Below are positions 50,141 through 60,890 of a stretch of DNA of 64,000 nucleotides, piece by piece. The notes under the pieces are model-generated. The model was not told the origin of the DNA and did not search any database. It saw only the letters and a list, made by a program, of their open reading frames with translations. The number at the start of each line of letters is the position of its first letter. The first letter of the stretch is position 1. The position numbers were made by a program, and so were the translations under genes. Source of the stretch: an uncultured Acidimicrobiia bacterium (GTDB lineage Bacteria > Actinomycetota > Acidimicrobiia > Acidimicrobiales > AC-14); contig CAWIIV010000011.1 in the NCBI GenBank assembly GCA_963836205.1, forward strand, positions 96,001 through 160,000. The letters run 5' to 3'.

Positions 50141-50480
50141 CCCGCCACCTCGCCGCCGCCCGCCTCCGCCCGCCTCCGCCGGCCCGCCACCTCGCCGCCG
50201 CCCGCCGCCGCCCGCCCCTCCGCCGGCCCGCCACCTCGCCGCCGCCCGCCGCCGCCCGCCCCTCCGCCGGGCCGCCACCTCGCCGCCGCCTGCCGCCGCC
50301 CGCCTCCGCCGGCCCGCCACCTCGCCGCCGCCCGCCGCCGCCCGCCTCCGCCGGGCCGCCACCTCGCCGCCGCCTGCCGCCGCCCGCCTCCGCCGGGCCG
50401 CACCTCGCCGCCGCCCACCTCGCCGCCGCCCGCCGCCGCCCGCCTCCGCCGGCCCGCCACCTCGCCGCCGCCCGCCGCCG
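50141..50480. repeat. Extremely C/G-rich tandem array, ~42-bp unit, about 8-9 copies
   Basis: Recurring cacctcgccgccgcc(c/t)gccgccgcccgcctccgccgg. Confidence 0.9.
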
Positions 50481-50535
50481 TCGGCGGGTGAGTCTTGGCG
50501 CGTGGGTGGACTGGCCGGCGTCGCGTTTTGCGGCA

Positions 50536-51900
50536 TCAGCAGAGTGCCGGAGGCGGTCGGGGCGGCGGCACGGCGTTCCTCGGATGGCGCCGATCCTCGG
50601 GTGGGACCAGTGCCCGTTTGCCCCGGCCCTCGACCAGTGACCAGTTCTGCCGCGTCTTGAGGGCGTGGCAGTGCCCACAGAGGCGGTCGAGCAGGTCGAG
50701 GACGGTGAGATGGGTGCGGGCCCAGTCGACTCGGTGGTCGTAGTCGAGGCGGGCCTGGGCGCTGCAGGCCTCGTTGGCGCAGCTCGGGTAGAGCCACTGG
50801 AGGGCTGTCTGCTGCAGAGCGTTCGGCCGCCGCCCCAGATGGGCCACCCCAACCAGCTCCTGCCCTCGGGTGGCCACCGCGGTCAGGAATGGATCGTCTG
50901 TGTCGATCATGTCTCGCACCGCAGACACCGCCACCGGACCGAACCCGGCGATCTCGCAGACCTCCCCCTCGGTCGGGAAGCCCCGCAACAGCGCCTCGAG
51001 GTCGACCCGAACGATGATCTTCGGCGGCCCCACCCGCCGCTGAGGTGCCGGCGAAGACGCCGGCGCCTCGGCCGACTCACCGTTCCCGGCGGGCTCGGCA
51101 ACCGCGCCTGGCCCGTCGCTCGCGGGCGCCAGGACAGTCGGGGCGCCCCCGACTTCGCACTCGCCGGCGCCTGCCTGAACGCCGGAGCTCGCGCCGTCAC
51201 GACACGAGCGGCGGGCCATCTCGGCCAGGGCGTCGGCGGCGTAGGCCTCGGGCGGCTCCTGGCGCCGTTCGGCCCGCGCCCGGCGGAAGAAGTCCTCTCG
51301 GATCGGATCGAGGGCGGCCATGATGCGGGCACCCACCTCGGGGTTGTTGCGACTGTGGAGGTGCCATTCACCCTCCGCGTCGGTGTAGGAGCGGAGGGAA
51401 CGGCGCTGGTGGATGCGTTGGCGGCGGGCCTCGACATCGATCCGTGCCGCGGCCTTGGTGCGGGCGCACTGCTCTCGAAGCTCCGCCAGGGGCGACCGCC
51501 GGGCCGCTTCGAGCAGCCGGCTCTCGGCCCCGGCGTCCGCCCCGGCCGCGTCCACGATCGCCGACGCCTGCTCGGAGGACAGCTCACCCCTGCGGGCGGC
51601 GGCCGACGTCTCGGGCAGGGCATCGAGGCGGCGGGCGGTCTCGATGGCGGCCGCGGCCTGCACCACCGTGGTGCCGGTCCGCCGGGCCAGGAGATGTGCC
51701 GCCGAGCGCTCGCCCTCGGCCCGCCAGGAGCCGGTGTCGGCCAGTCGGGCTGCGGCCAGGGCCTTGATCGTGGCGGCGATCTTCTCGATTCGAGACGCCT
51801 GATCGACGACCTCTTCGGCCTGAGCCGCCGACAGCACGGCCGCGTCGAACCGGGCGGCATACCCACTCAGCGTTTCTCGCAGTTCCGCGATCCCGACCAT
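50536..51900 (-). CDS. DUF222 / 13E12-repeat family protein with C-terminal HNH endonuclease
   Basis: Ala/Arg-rich helical N-terminus, ADALAEM, VRVDLEALLRG, CANEAC, DYDHRVDW, LCGHCHALKT. Confidence 0.88.
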   Translation of the reverse strand: MVGIAELRETLSGYAARFDAAVLSAAQAEEVVDQASRIEKIAATIKALAAARLADTGSWRAEGERSAAHLLARRTGTTVVQAAAAIETARRLDALPETSAAARRGELSSEQASAIVDAAGADAGAESRLLEAARRSPLAELREQCARTKAAARIDVEARRQRIHQRRSLRSYTDAEGEWHLHSRNNPEVGARIMAALDPIREDFFRRARAERRQEPPEAYAADALAEMARRSCRDGASSGVQAGAGECEVGGAPTVLAPASDGPGAVAEPAGNGESAEAPASSPAPQRRVGPPKIIVRVDLEALLRGFPTEGEVCEIAGFGPVAVSAVRDMIDTDDPFLTAVATRGQELVGVAHLGRRPNALQQTALQWLYPSCANEACSAQARLDYDHRVDWARTHLTVLDLLDRLCGHCHALKTRQNWSLVEGRGKRALVPPEDRRHPRNAVPPPRPPPALC

Positions 51901-51948
51901 GGTCGTGCTCTCTGCCGGACCGTATGCCGAAGGGGAAAGTGGCCAGCT

Positions 51949-51982
51949 ACGAACTGGTGTTCGTATCCTAACCACCGTTCGA
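51949..51982. promoter_or_regulatory. LexA (SOS) box candidates flanking a -10 element of the HNH gene
   Basis: ACGAAC-TGGT-GTTCGT (51949-64) and CCTAAC-CACC-GTTCGA (51967-82) vs actinobacterial TCGAAC-N4-GTTCGA; minus-strand TAGGAT at 51965-70. Confidence 0.7.
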
Positions 51983-52092
51983 CCGGAATGCAAGGACCTG
52001 AAGAACGAAATCCTGGGGCCTAGCGGCGTGGCGCAGCCTGGTGCGAAGCTGGGAGGGATGGCTGGAGTGAGCCTGAGAACTGCGACAGAGCC

Positions 52093-52419
52093 GTGACTGA
52101 GCACCTCGACTTCTGCCCCTACGAGGACGAGTACGCGGCGGGCGAATGTCCGGCGTGTGCCGCGGGAAGAAAGGCCTGCTGGACCACGCCGAGCGGAGAC
52201 GCCTTCCACCTACGGAGCGATTGCGTCGCCCTCAACCGGCACCGGAAACACCCCGCCGTCCGGACGACCGTCCGGTGGGCGAAGGGGAGTGACTACAGCG
52301 GGTGTGAGGTCTGCGTCAACGAGGTCTGTGACGCGTGCGCCGGCAACAGGCACGGCAGCTGCAACCCGAGGGCGTCGAAGTTGCCGCACTGTGCGTGCGC
52401 GGCCCGTGGCCACCGATGA
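52093..52419 (+). CDS. Small Cys-rich putative multi-zinc-finger protein
   Basis: 12 Cys in 108 aa: CPAC, WTTPSGDAFHLRSDC, YSGCEVC, CDAC, CAC. Confidence 0.65.
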   Translation: MTEHLDFCPYEDEYAAGECPACAAGRKACWTTPSGDAFHLRSDCVALNRHRKHPAVRTTVRWAKGSDYSGCEVCVNEVCDACAGNRHGSCNPRASKLPHCACAARGHR

Positions 52420-52442
52420 ACCCGCCGGGCCGTCTTGGCACT

Positions 52443-52464
52443 ACGTGAGGGGTTTCACTAGCCT
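52443..52464 (+). promoter_or_regulatory. Rex operator candidate abutting -10 of second nuo cluster
   Basis: ACGTGAG-GGGT-TTCACTA 52443-60; TAGCCT 52459-64, 9 nt before ATG. Confidence 0.7.
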
Positions 52465-52473
52465 CCGCTTGCG

Positions 52474-52839
52474 ATGAGCGAGTTCCTGCAGCAGTACTTG
52501 ACGGTGGCCGTCTTCAGCGTGGCCGCCATCGCCATGGTCGGCGGCATGCTCGGTCTCGGGAGCCTGGTCCGGCCCACCCGGCCCCAGTCGCAGAAGTACA
52601 TCAACTACGAATGCGGCGTCGACCCGGTGGGCACCGGTTGGTCGCAGAGTCAGATCCGGTACTACGTCTTCGCCCTCCTCTTCGTCATGTTCGACGTGGA
52701 GGCGGTGTTCATCTTCCCGTGGGCCGTGCGCCTGGAGGCCTACGGTCTGTTCGGGCTCATCGAGATGACGATCTTCATCGTCATCCTCGCCCTCGGACTC
52801 CTCTACGCCTGGCGAAAGAAGGTTCTCCGTTGGGCCTAG
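52474..52839 (+). CDS. nuoA: Complex I subunit A, second copy
   Basis: [26 protein letters not shown]. Confidence 0.95.
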   Translation: MSEFLQQYLTVAVFSVAAIAMVGGMLGLGSLVRPTRPQSQKYINYECGVDPVGTGWSQSQIRYYVFALLFVMFDVEAVFIFPWAVRLEAYGLFGLIEMTIFIVILALGLLYAWRKKVLRWA

Positions 52840-53342
52840 TGGAGCGGGGCACGTTCGCCAAGAAGCAGCTCAAGCCCCTCACCTGGCTCCTCAACTACAG
52901 CCGGAAGTACTCCCTGTGGGTCTACCAGTGGGGGCTGGCCTGCTGCGCCATCGAGATGGGGGCCGCCTTCGGGTCGCCCCGGTACGACGTCATGCGCCTG
53001 GGGGTCATCCCCTTCCCCGCCGGACCCCGCCAGGCCGACCTGGTGGTGGTGTCGGGCACCGTCACCGACAAGATGGCCCCCGCCATCCGCCGACTGTGGG
53101 AGCAGATGCCCGACCCCAAGTACGTGATCTCCATGGGCTCGTGCGCCAACTGCGGCGGCCCCTACTGGGACTCTTACTCCGTCACCAAGGGCGTCGACCA
53201 GATCATCCCGGTCGATGTCTACGTGCCCGGCTGCCCGCCCCGCCCGGAGGCCCTGCTGGAGGGCATCGTCCTGCTCCAGCAGCGCATCCAGAACGAGGAC
53301 ATGGGCGAGCGCTGGCGGGGTGAGCCGATTGTCGTCGGCTGA
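52830..53342 (+). CDS. nuoB: Complex I subunit B, second copy (start 52830 or 52839)
   Basis: [33 protein letters not shown]. Confidence 0.95.
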   Translation: MGLVERGTFAKKQLKPLTWLLNYSRKYSLWVYQWGLACCAIEMGAAFGSPRYDVMRLGVIPFPAGPRQADLVVVSGTVTDKMAPAIRRLWEQMPDPKYVISMGSCANCGGPYWDSYSVTKGVDQIIPVDVYVPGCPPRPEALLEGIVLLQQRIQNEDMGERWRGEPIVVG

Positions 53343-54576
53343 GATCAGCACCCCGACGGTCCCTTCGCCGACTGTTACAGGCGGCGACCAGGCCCGGGCC
53401 CGCCTCGACGCCCTTGTCACCGAGTTGGGCGACGACGTGCAGGGTTCCGAGGTCGTCCGCAACGGCGACGTCATCGTCCGGGTCGCCGCCAGCGCGTGGA
53501 GGCGGGCGGCCGAGGTCTGCAAGGCCCAGGGCTACGACTACTTCTGCTTCCTGTCCGGGATCGACTGGATGCCGTCGACATCGCCCAACCCCCGGGCGTC
53601 GGTGTCCGACGAGCTCGACACCGGCGACGACGAGGCACCTGCCGAAAGGGGCGAGGCCGAGGAAGAGGCGGCGGCGGTGGCCGACAACGAGGACGCGGTC
53701 GCCGAGGCCGAGCCCGAGGTCGACGCCGGCGGACTCGGGTATCCCACCGGCGTGGCCGGCGGCGACACCCGGTTCCAGGTCTTCGCCCGCCTCTACTCCA
53801 CCACCCGCCACGAGGGCGTCACCCTCAAGGCCGACCTGGATCCGGACGCCCCCAGCGTGGAGACGTGGTCGGGCATCTACCCCGGGTCGGACTGGAACGA
53901 GCGGGAGACCTGGGAGATGTACGGGTTCGTCTTCGAGGGCCACCCCAACCTGATCAAGCTCTACCTGCCGGGCGAGTTCGAGGGTTTCCCCCTGCGCAAG
54001 GACTTCCCGCTGCTGTCCCGCGAAGTGAAGCCGTGGCCCGGCCTGGTCGACGTCGAGCTCATGCCCGAGGTGCCGGAGTCCGAGGCCGAGCCCGCCCCCG
54101 AGGCTCCCGCCCCCGAGGCTCCCGCCCCCGAGGCTCCCGCCCCCGAGGCTCCCGCCCCCGAGGCTCACGCCCCCGAGGCTCACGCCCCCGAGGTTCCCGC
54201 CCCCGAGGCTCACGCCCCCGAGGCTCACGCCCCCGAGCCTGAGCTCGCCGCGGAGGTTCCCGCCACCGAGGCCGCGCCCGCCGAGGCCGCGCCCGCCGAG
54301 GCCGAGCCCGCCGAGGCCGAGCCCGGTTCCGCGGCGCCTGCGCCCCTCAGCGCGGCGCCTGAGCCGGCGGCCGCCGCGCCGGAGCCGGCGGCCGCCGCGC
54401 CTGAGCCGGCAGCCCCGCCGCCGGCCGAGAACTCCGTCCCAGAGACAGCCGAGGAGGCGCACGCGACCGGCACCGAGAGCGCCACCACCGGCCCCGCGGC
54501 CGAAGCGGTCGCCGTCGAGGCCGCCCCCCCCGAGGCGCCCGGCCCCAAGGCCACGACCGAGGAGGACGCGGGCTGA
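53329..54576 (+). CDS. nuoC: Complex I subunit C, second copy, with acidic insertion and long Pro/Ala/Glu tail
   Basis: [40 protein letters not shown]. Confidence 0.92.
   Translation: MSSAEISTPTVPSPTVTGGDQARARLDALVTELGDDVQGSEVVRNGDVIVRVAASAWRRAAEVCKAQGYDYFCFLSGIDWMPSTSPNPRASVSDELDTGDDEAPAERGEAEEEAAAVADNEDAVAEAEPEVDAGGLGYPTGVAGGDTRFQVFARLYSTTRHEGVTLKADLDPDAPSVETWSGIYPGSDWNERETWEMYGFVFEGHPNLIKLYLPGEFEGFPLRKDFPLLSREVKPWPGLVDVELMPEVPESEAEPAPEAPAPEAPAPEAPAPEAPAPEAHAPEAHAPEVPAPEAHAPEAHAPEPELAAEVPATEAAPAEAAPAEAEPAEAEPGSAAPAPLSAAPEPAAAAPEPAAAAPEPAAPPPAENSVPETAEEAHATGTESATTGPAAEAVAVEAAPPEAPGPKATTEEDAG
54091..54240 (+). repeat. 15-bp coding repeat x10 ((P/H)APEA)
   Basis: c(c/a)cgcccccgaggct repeated. 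Confidence 0.93.
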
Positions 54577-55745
54577 TGGCCGTCACCGACCAGCAGCGCA
54601 TGGCCTACATCGCGGGCCAGGCGGCCGACGCCCGGGTCAACGTCGAGCTCCAGACCGAGGACATGGTCCTCAACCTCGGCCCCCAGCATCCGGCCACCCA
54701 CGGCACCCTGCGCATCGTGGCCAAGCTCGACGGCGAGCAGGTCATCAGCGCCGACGTCATCTGCGGCTACATGCACCGGGGCTACGAGAAGCTCACCGAG
54801 GTCCGCACGTATCCGCAGGTCACCACCCTGATCAACCGCATCGACTGGCTGTCGTCGTTCGCCAACGAGGTCCCGTTCATCCTGGCCGCCGAACAGCTGA
54901 TGGAGATCGAGGCCCCGCCCCGGGCCCAGTGGATCCGCACCATCATGTTCGAGCTCAGCCGCATCGCCAACGTCACCCTCTTCATCGGCGAGATGGGTGT
55001 GCAGCTGGGCGCCCTCACCCCCGTGTTCTTCGCCTTCCGCGACCGGGAGTACGTCCTCAACCTGATCGAGGCCGCCACCGGCGGGCGCTTCCATCCCAAC
55101 TACGACCGCATCGGCGGGCTCAAGGAGGACCTCCCCCGGGGTTGGATCTCCGAGACCCACGGGGCCATGAAGCGCATCCGGACGTACTGCGACCAGCTCG
55201 AAGACCTCCTGATGGGCAACGAGATCTTCGAGGCCCGCACCCGGGGCGTCGGCGTGATCCCGGCCGAGATGGGCCTGGCCTACGGGCTGTCGGGGGCCAA
55301 CATCCGGGCCAGCGGGGTCGACTGGGACCTCCGCCGCGACGAGCCCTCGCCTCTCGTGTGGAGCGAGCTCGACTGGAAGGTCTGGACCCACCCCGACGGC
55401 GACTCCTTCGCCCGCTACTGGGTGCGGCTCCAGGAGGTGCGGGAGGCCACCAAGATGGTCGACCAGCTCCTCGACGGGCTGCCCGCCGGCCCCATCCAGG
55501 CCAAGGTGCCCCGTATCATCAAGGTACCGGCCGGCGAGGCCTGGGCCCACACCGAGAACCCGCTGGGAGAGATGGGCTACTACGTGGTCAGCCAGGGCGG
55601 CCTGGGCCCGTTCCGCTGCAAGATCCGCTCGGCCTCGTTCAACAACGTGTCGATCGTCCCCTGGCTGCTCAGGGGCGTCTACGTGCCCGACATCATCACC
55701 ATTCTGGCCAGCCTCTACTTCATCCTCGGCGACATCGACCGGTAG
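54576..55745 (+). CDS. nuoD: Complex I subunit D, second copy
   Basis: NLGPQHPATHGTLR, GYMHRGYEK, RIDW, LGDIDR; no NiFe-binding CxxC. Confidence 0.95.
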   Translation: MAVTDQQRMAYIAGQAADARVNVELQTEDMVLNLGPQHPATHGTLRIVAKLDGEQVISADVICGYMHRGYEKLTEVRTYPQVTTLINRIDWLSSFANEVPFILAAEQLMEIEAPPRAQWIRTIMFELSRIANVTLFIGEMGVQLGALTPVFFAFRDREYVLNLIEAATGGRFHPNYDRIGGLKEDLPRGWISETHGAMKRIRTYCDQLEDLLMGNEIFEARTRGVGVIPAEMGLAYGLSGANIRASGVDWDLRRDEPSPLVWSELDWKVWTHPDGDSFARYWVRLQEVREATKMVDQLLDGLPAGPIQAKVPRIIKVPAGEAWAHTENPLGEMGYYVVSQGGLGPFRCKIRSASFNNVSIVPWLLRGVYVPDIITILASLYFILGDIDR

Positions 55746-55763
55746 CGACTCCGGCCCGCCGGG

Positions 55764-56177
55764 TCAGATGGCGGTGACGTGCACGTTGGGGTAAGCGGCG
55801 GCCAACCGGGCCACATCGCTCTCATCCCCCGTCACGATCACCCCTCCGCCCGCCTCCACCGCGGCGGCGACGGTGTGCGCGTCGGCCAACTCGGACGACC
55901 CGGCTCTCGCGGCCGTCAGGACGCCGCCGACGAGTCGGGCGAAGCTCCGGTCGGTGGCCCGGACGAGGATGCCGGTCTCCCGGCTGAGACACGCGTCCAC
56001 CACCTGGTTGTGGCCGGGGCCGCGGTAGAGCTCGGCGAGGATGACGGCGGGGGTGATGACCTCCCGCCGCAGGCGTCGGGCCGCCTCCACCGCCGCTCGC
56101 ACCTCCCGGAACCGCGGGCCTCGCTGGCCGGCGAGGCTCGAGAGCGCTTCGGCGTCGAGGACGAGGACGAGGCTCAA
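55764..56177 (-). CDS. PIN-domain toxin (VapC-like)
   Basis: LVLDAEAL, PAVILAE, LADA, VTGDESD. Confidence 0.85.
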   Translation of the reverse strand: MSLVLVLDAEALSSLAGQRGPRFREVRAAVEAARRLRREVITPAVILAELYRGPGHNQVVDACLSRETGILVRATDRSFARLVGGVLTAARAGSSELADAHTVAAAVEAGGGVIVTGDESDVARLAAAYPNVHVTAI

Positions 56178-56401
56178 CCGAGCAGGTCGATGTACTTGCG
56201 GACCAGCTGCTCGTCGACCGGCCCGTTGGTCGCCTCGAGCCCGTCGAGCATCTCACCGAGGAGACGATGTCTGCGCCGGCGGGTCAGCTCCAACCGGACC
56301 GCCTCGTTCACCTGCGACGACAGCGCCTCACCTCCCGCTTCGAGCTCGGCGACGAGGTCCTCGTCCAGGGACACCGACACCTTCCGTTTGGTCGTGGTCA
56401 T
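56174..56401 (-). CDS. Ribbon-helix-helix-type antitoxin
   Basis: KRKVSVSLDEDLV, LSSQVNEAV, acidic tail GPVDE; 4-bp overlap with toxin. Confidence 0.83.
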   Translation of the reverse strand: MTTTKRKVSVSLDEDLVAELEAGGEALSSQVNEAVRLELTRRRRHRLLGEMLDGLEATNGPVDEQLVRKYIDLLG

Positions 56402-56407
56402 ACCCTA

Positions 56408-56423
56408 AGCCTACCGAAGTAGG
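56408..56423 (-). promoter_or_regulatory. Leaderless -10 with palindromic operator for the TA pair
   Basis: Minus-strand TAGGCT 6 nt before ATG; CCTAC-cgaa-GTAGG at 56410-23. Confidence 0.55.
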
Positions 56424-56476
56424 AGGGCGAGGCCATCAACGGCGGTAGCACGCGAGATGCCGGCTGTGTTGTCACT

Positions 56477-56494
56477 GTGTGAAGGGCTTCACTA
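56477..56494. promoter_or_regulatory. Rex operator candidate upstream of second nuoH
   Basis: GTGTGAA-GGGC-TTCACTA, best match to consensus in the window. Confidence 0.78.
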
Positions 56495-56510
56495 GTGTCC
56501 AGCGCGAGTC

Positions 56511-57533
56511 ATGCTGGCCTTCGAACTTTCCTTCTGGTGGGCGACCCTGTTGAAGACGGTGGTCGTGCTGTCGGTCATCCCGGCGGCCGCCATCATCCTC
56601 GGTTACGTCTTCCTGTTGAAGATGATGGCCCACATGCAGAGCCGTCTGGGGCCCATGGAGCCGGGCGGTTTCCACGGCTGGTTCCAGCTCATCGGCGACG
56701 GGATCAAGTTCATCCAGAAGGAGGACATCATCCCGGCCGAGGCCGACCGCCGGGTGTTCGCCATCGCCCCCGTGGTCGTGCTCGTCTCCACCTTTCTCCT
56801 CTACATCGTGCTCCCGGCCGGGCCCGACCTCGTGGTCCAGGACCTCGACGTGGGCATCTTCTACGCCCTGGCCGTCTCGTCACTGTCGGTGATCGGCGTG
56901 CTCATGGCCGGGTGGGCGTCGGCCAACAAGTACTCCCTCCTCGGCTCGCTGCGGGCTGCGGGCCAGCTCATCGCCTACGAGCTCCCCCTCGTGCTGGCCG
57001 TCGTCGGCGTGGTCATCCAGGCCGGCACCATGAGCCTGCAGGGCATCGTCCACGCCCAGGCCGACGGCGAGATCTTCGGGATCGGCCTCATCGGCAACCC
57101 CTACATCCTCACCCAGGCCCTCGGCTTCGTGATCTTCGTGGCCGCCTCCCAGGCCGAGCTCACCCAGACGCCGTTCGACATGCCGGTGGCCGAGTCGGAG
57201 CTGGTGGCGGGCTACATGACCGAGTACTCCGGTTTCCGCTTCCTGTTCTTCTTCATGGCCGAGTTCGGCACCGCCTTCGCCCTGTCGGCCATCGCCGCCA
57301 CCCTCTACCTCGGCGGCTGGTCGGTGCCCTTCGTCGACGGCAACCTGGCCAACATCCTCGGCCCGATCGTGCTCGGGGCCAAGATCATGCTGGTCGCGTT
57401 CCTGATCTTCTGGATGCGGTTCACGTTCCCCCGTTTCCGTGAGGACCAGCTCCAGGCCTTCGCCTGGAAGATCCTGATCCCCCTCTCGCTGGCCAACATC
57501 GTTGCGACCGGCATCCTGAAGGTGGCGTTCTAG
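56511..57533 (+). CDS. nuoH: Complex I subunit H, second copy
   Basis: MQSRLGP, DGIKFIQKED, IAYE, PFDMPVAESEL, PRFREDQL. Confidence 0.95.
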   Translation: MLAFELSFWWATLLKTVVVLSVIPAAAIILGYVFLLKMMAHMQSRLGPMEPGGFHGWFQLIGDGIKFIQKEDIIPAEADRRVFAIAPVVVLVSTFLLYIVLPAGPDLVVQDLDVGIFYALAVSSLSVIGVLMAGWASANKYSLLGSLRAAGQLIAYELPLVLAVVGVVIQAGTMSLQGIVHAQADGEIFGIGLIGNPYILTQALGFVIFVAASQAELTQTPFDMPVAESELVAGYMTEYSGFRFLFFFMAEFGTAFALSAIAATLYLGGWSVPFVDGNLANILGPIVLGAKIMLVAFLIFWMRFTFPRFREDQLQAFAWKILIPLSLANIVATGILKVAF

Positions 57534-58013
57534 ATGCCCAAGATCCCCGGTCAGGGCCTCGTCAAGGGCCTCGGCGTCACGTTCAAGACCATGCTCCAGC
57601 CGGCGGTCACGGTGCAGTACCCCAAGGAGCGGGAGGAGCCCGTCGGGCGGGCCCGGGGCGTCATCGCCCTCAAGGAGGAGAACTGCACCGCGTGCATGCT
57701 CTGCGCCCGTGAGTGTCCCGACTGGTGCATCTACATCGAGGGCCACAAGGAGAAGCGGCCCCCCCGCCGCGAGGGTGGCAAGCCCCGCACGGTCAACGCC
57801 CTCGACCGCTTCGACATCGACTACGCCCTCTGCATGTACTGCGGCATCTGCGTCGAGGTCTGCCCCTTCGACGCCCTGTTCTGGAGCCCGGAGTTCGAGT
57901 ACTCCGAGGTCCGCATCGCTGATCTCCTCCACGACAAGGAAAAGCTCGGCGAGTGGATGGAAGGTGTCCCCGAACCCCAGCCCCTCGAGGCCGGGGCGGT
58001 CAAGAAGAAGTAG
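57534..58013 (+). CDS. nuoI: Complex I subunit I, second copy
   Basis: [24 protein letters not shown]. Confidence 0.95.
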   Translation: MPKIPGQGLVKGLGVTFKTMLQPAVTVQYPKEREEPVGRARGVIALKEENCTACMLCARECPDWCIYIEGHKEKRPPRREGGKPRTVNALDRFDIDYALCMYCGICVEVCPFDALFWSPEFEYSEVRIADLLHDKEKLGEWMEGVPEPQPLEAGAVKKK

Positions 58014-58062
58014 GGACGCGCACCGCTCGTGGTCGCCGCGAACCCATGATCGCCGAGAACCC

Positions 58063-58554
58063 ATGATCGCCGAGAACATCGCCTTCTATCTCATGGCCGT
58101 CGCCATGGTGGCGGCCGCCTGCCGCCTGGTCACCACCAAGAACGTGGTGCGGGCCGCCCTCTTCCTGGCCATCGTGCTGGGCGCCACCGCCGGCATGTTC
58201 GTCCTCCTCCTGGCCGAGTTCGTGGCCTGGGTGCAGGTGCTCGTCTACATCGGCGCGGTGGTGGTCCTCCTCCTGTTCGGGGTCATGCTCACCCGGGCGC
58301 CCATCGGCCGGGAGTCCGACCTCGACAACGACAGCAAGTGGGTGCCGGCCCTGGTCGCCGTGTTCCTCCTGGGTGCCATCGCCACCATGCTGAGCGACGC
58401 CTTCGGCTCGGAGGAGATCTCCTTCGGCCGCATCCAGCGCACGGCCGACGTGGCCGACTCGATCTTCGGGGTCTACGTGATCCCGTTCGAGGTGGCGTCG
58501 GTGCTCCTGCTGGCCGCCCTGGTGGGCGCCGTCGCCCTGGCCCGAAGGGACTAG
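58063..58554 (+). CDS. nuoJ: Complex I subunit J, second copy
   Basis: [32 protein letters not shown]. Confidence 0.94.
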   Translation: MIAENIAFYLMAVAMVAAACRLVTTKNVVRAALFLAIVLGATAGMFVLLLAEFVAWVQVLVYIGAVVVLLLFGVMLTRAPIGRESDLDNDSKWVPALVAVFLLGAIATMLSDAFGSEEISFGRIQRTADVADSIFGVYVIPFEVASVLLLAALVGAVALARRD

Positions 58555-58564
58555 GAACCGTCCC

Positions 58565-58864
58565 ATGATGCTCAACCAGTTCCTGATGCTGGCCGCGGTG
58601 CTCTTCTGCATCGGCGTCTACGGCGTGCTGGTCCGCAAGAACGCGGTGCTCGTGCTCATGTCGATCGAGCTCATGCTCAACGCGGTCAACATCAACCTCA
58701 TCGCCTTCGGCGCGTTCCGCGACAACGTGATCGGCCAGGTCTTCTCCCTGTTCGTGATCGCCATCGCCGCCGCCGAGGTCGGGGTCGGCCTGGCGATCGT
58801 CCTGCTCATCTTCCGCAACCGGGCCAACATCGACCTCGACCAGGCCGATCTGATGAAGGGCTAG
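58565..58864 (+). CDS. nuoK: Complex I subunit K, second copy
   Basis: [27 protein letters not shown]. Confidence 0.95.
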   Translation: MMLNQFLMLAAVLFCIGVYGVLVRKNAVLVLMSIELMLNAVNINLIAFGAFRDNVIGQVFSLFVIAIAAAEVGVGLAIVLLIFRNRANIDLDQADLMKG

Positions 58865-58876
58865 GGGCTCCCACCC

Positions 58877-60865
<1,989 letters not shown>

Positions 60866-60890
60866 CCCCCCTCGTAGGAGAGTCGTCCGA

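Noticed and set aside
52022-52042. tRNA gene (agcggcgtggcgcagcctggt resembles a tRNA 5' end/D-arm)
   Set aside because: No anticodon stem, T-arm GTTC or matching acceptor stem follows
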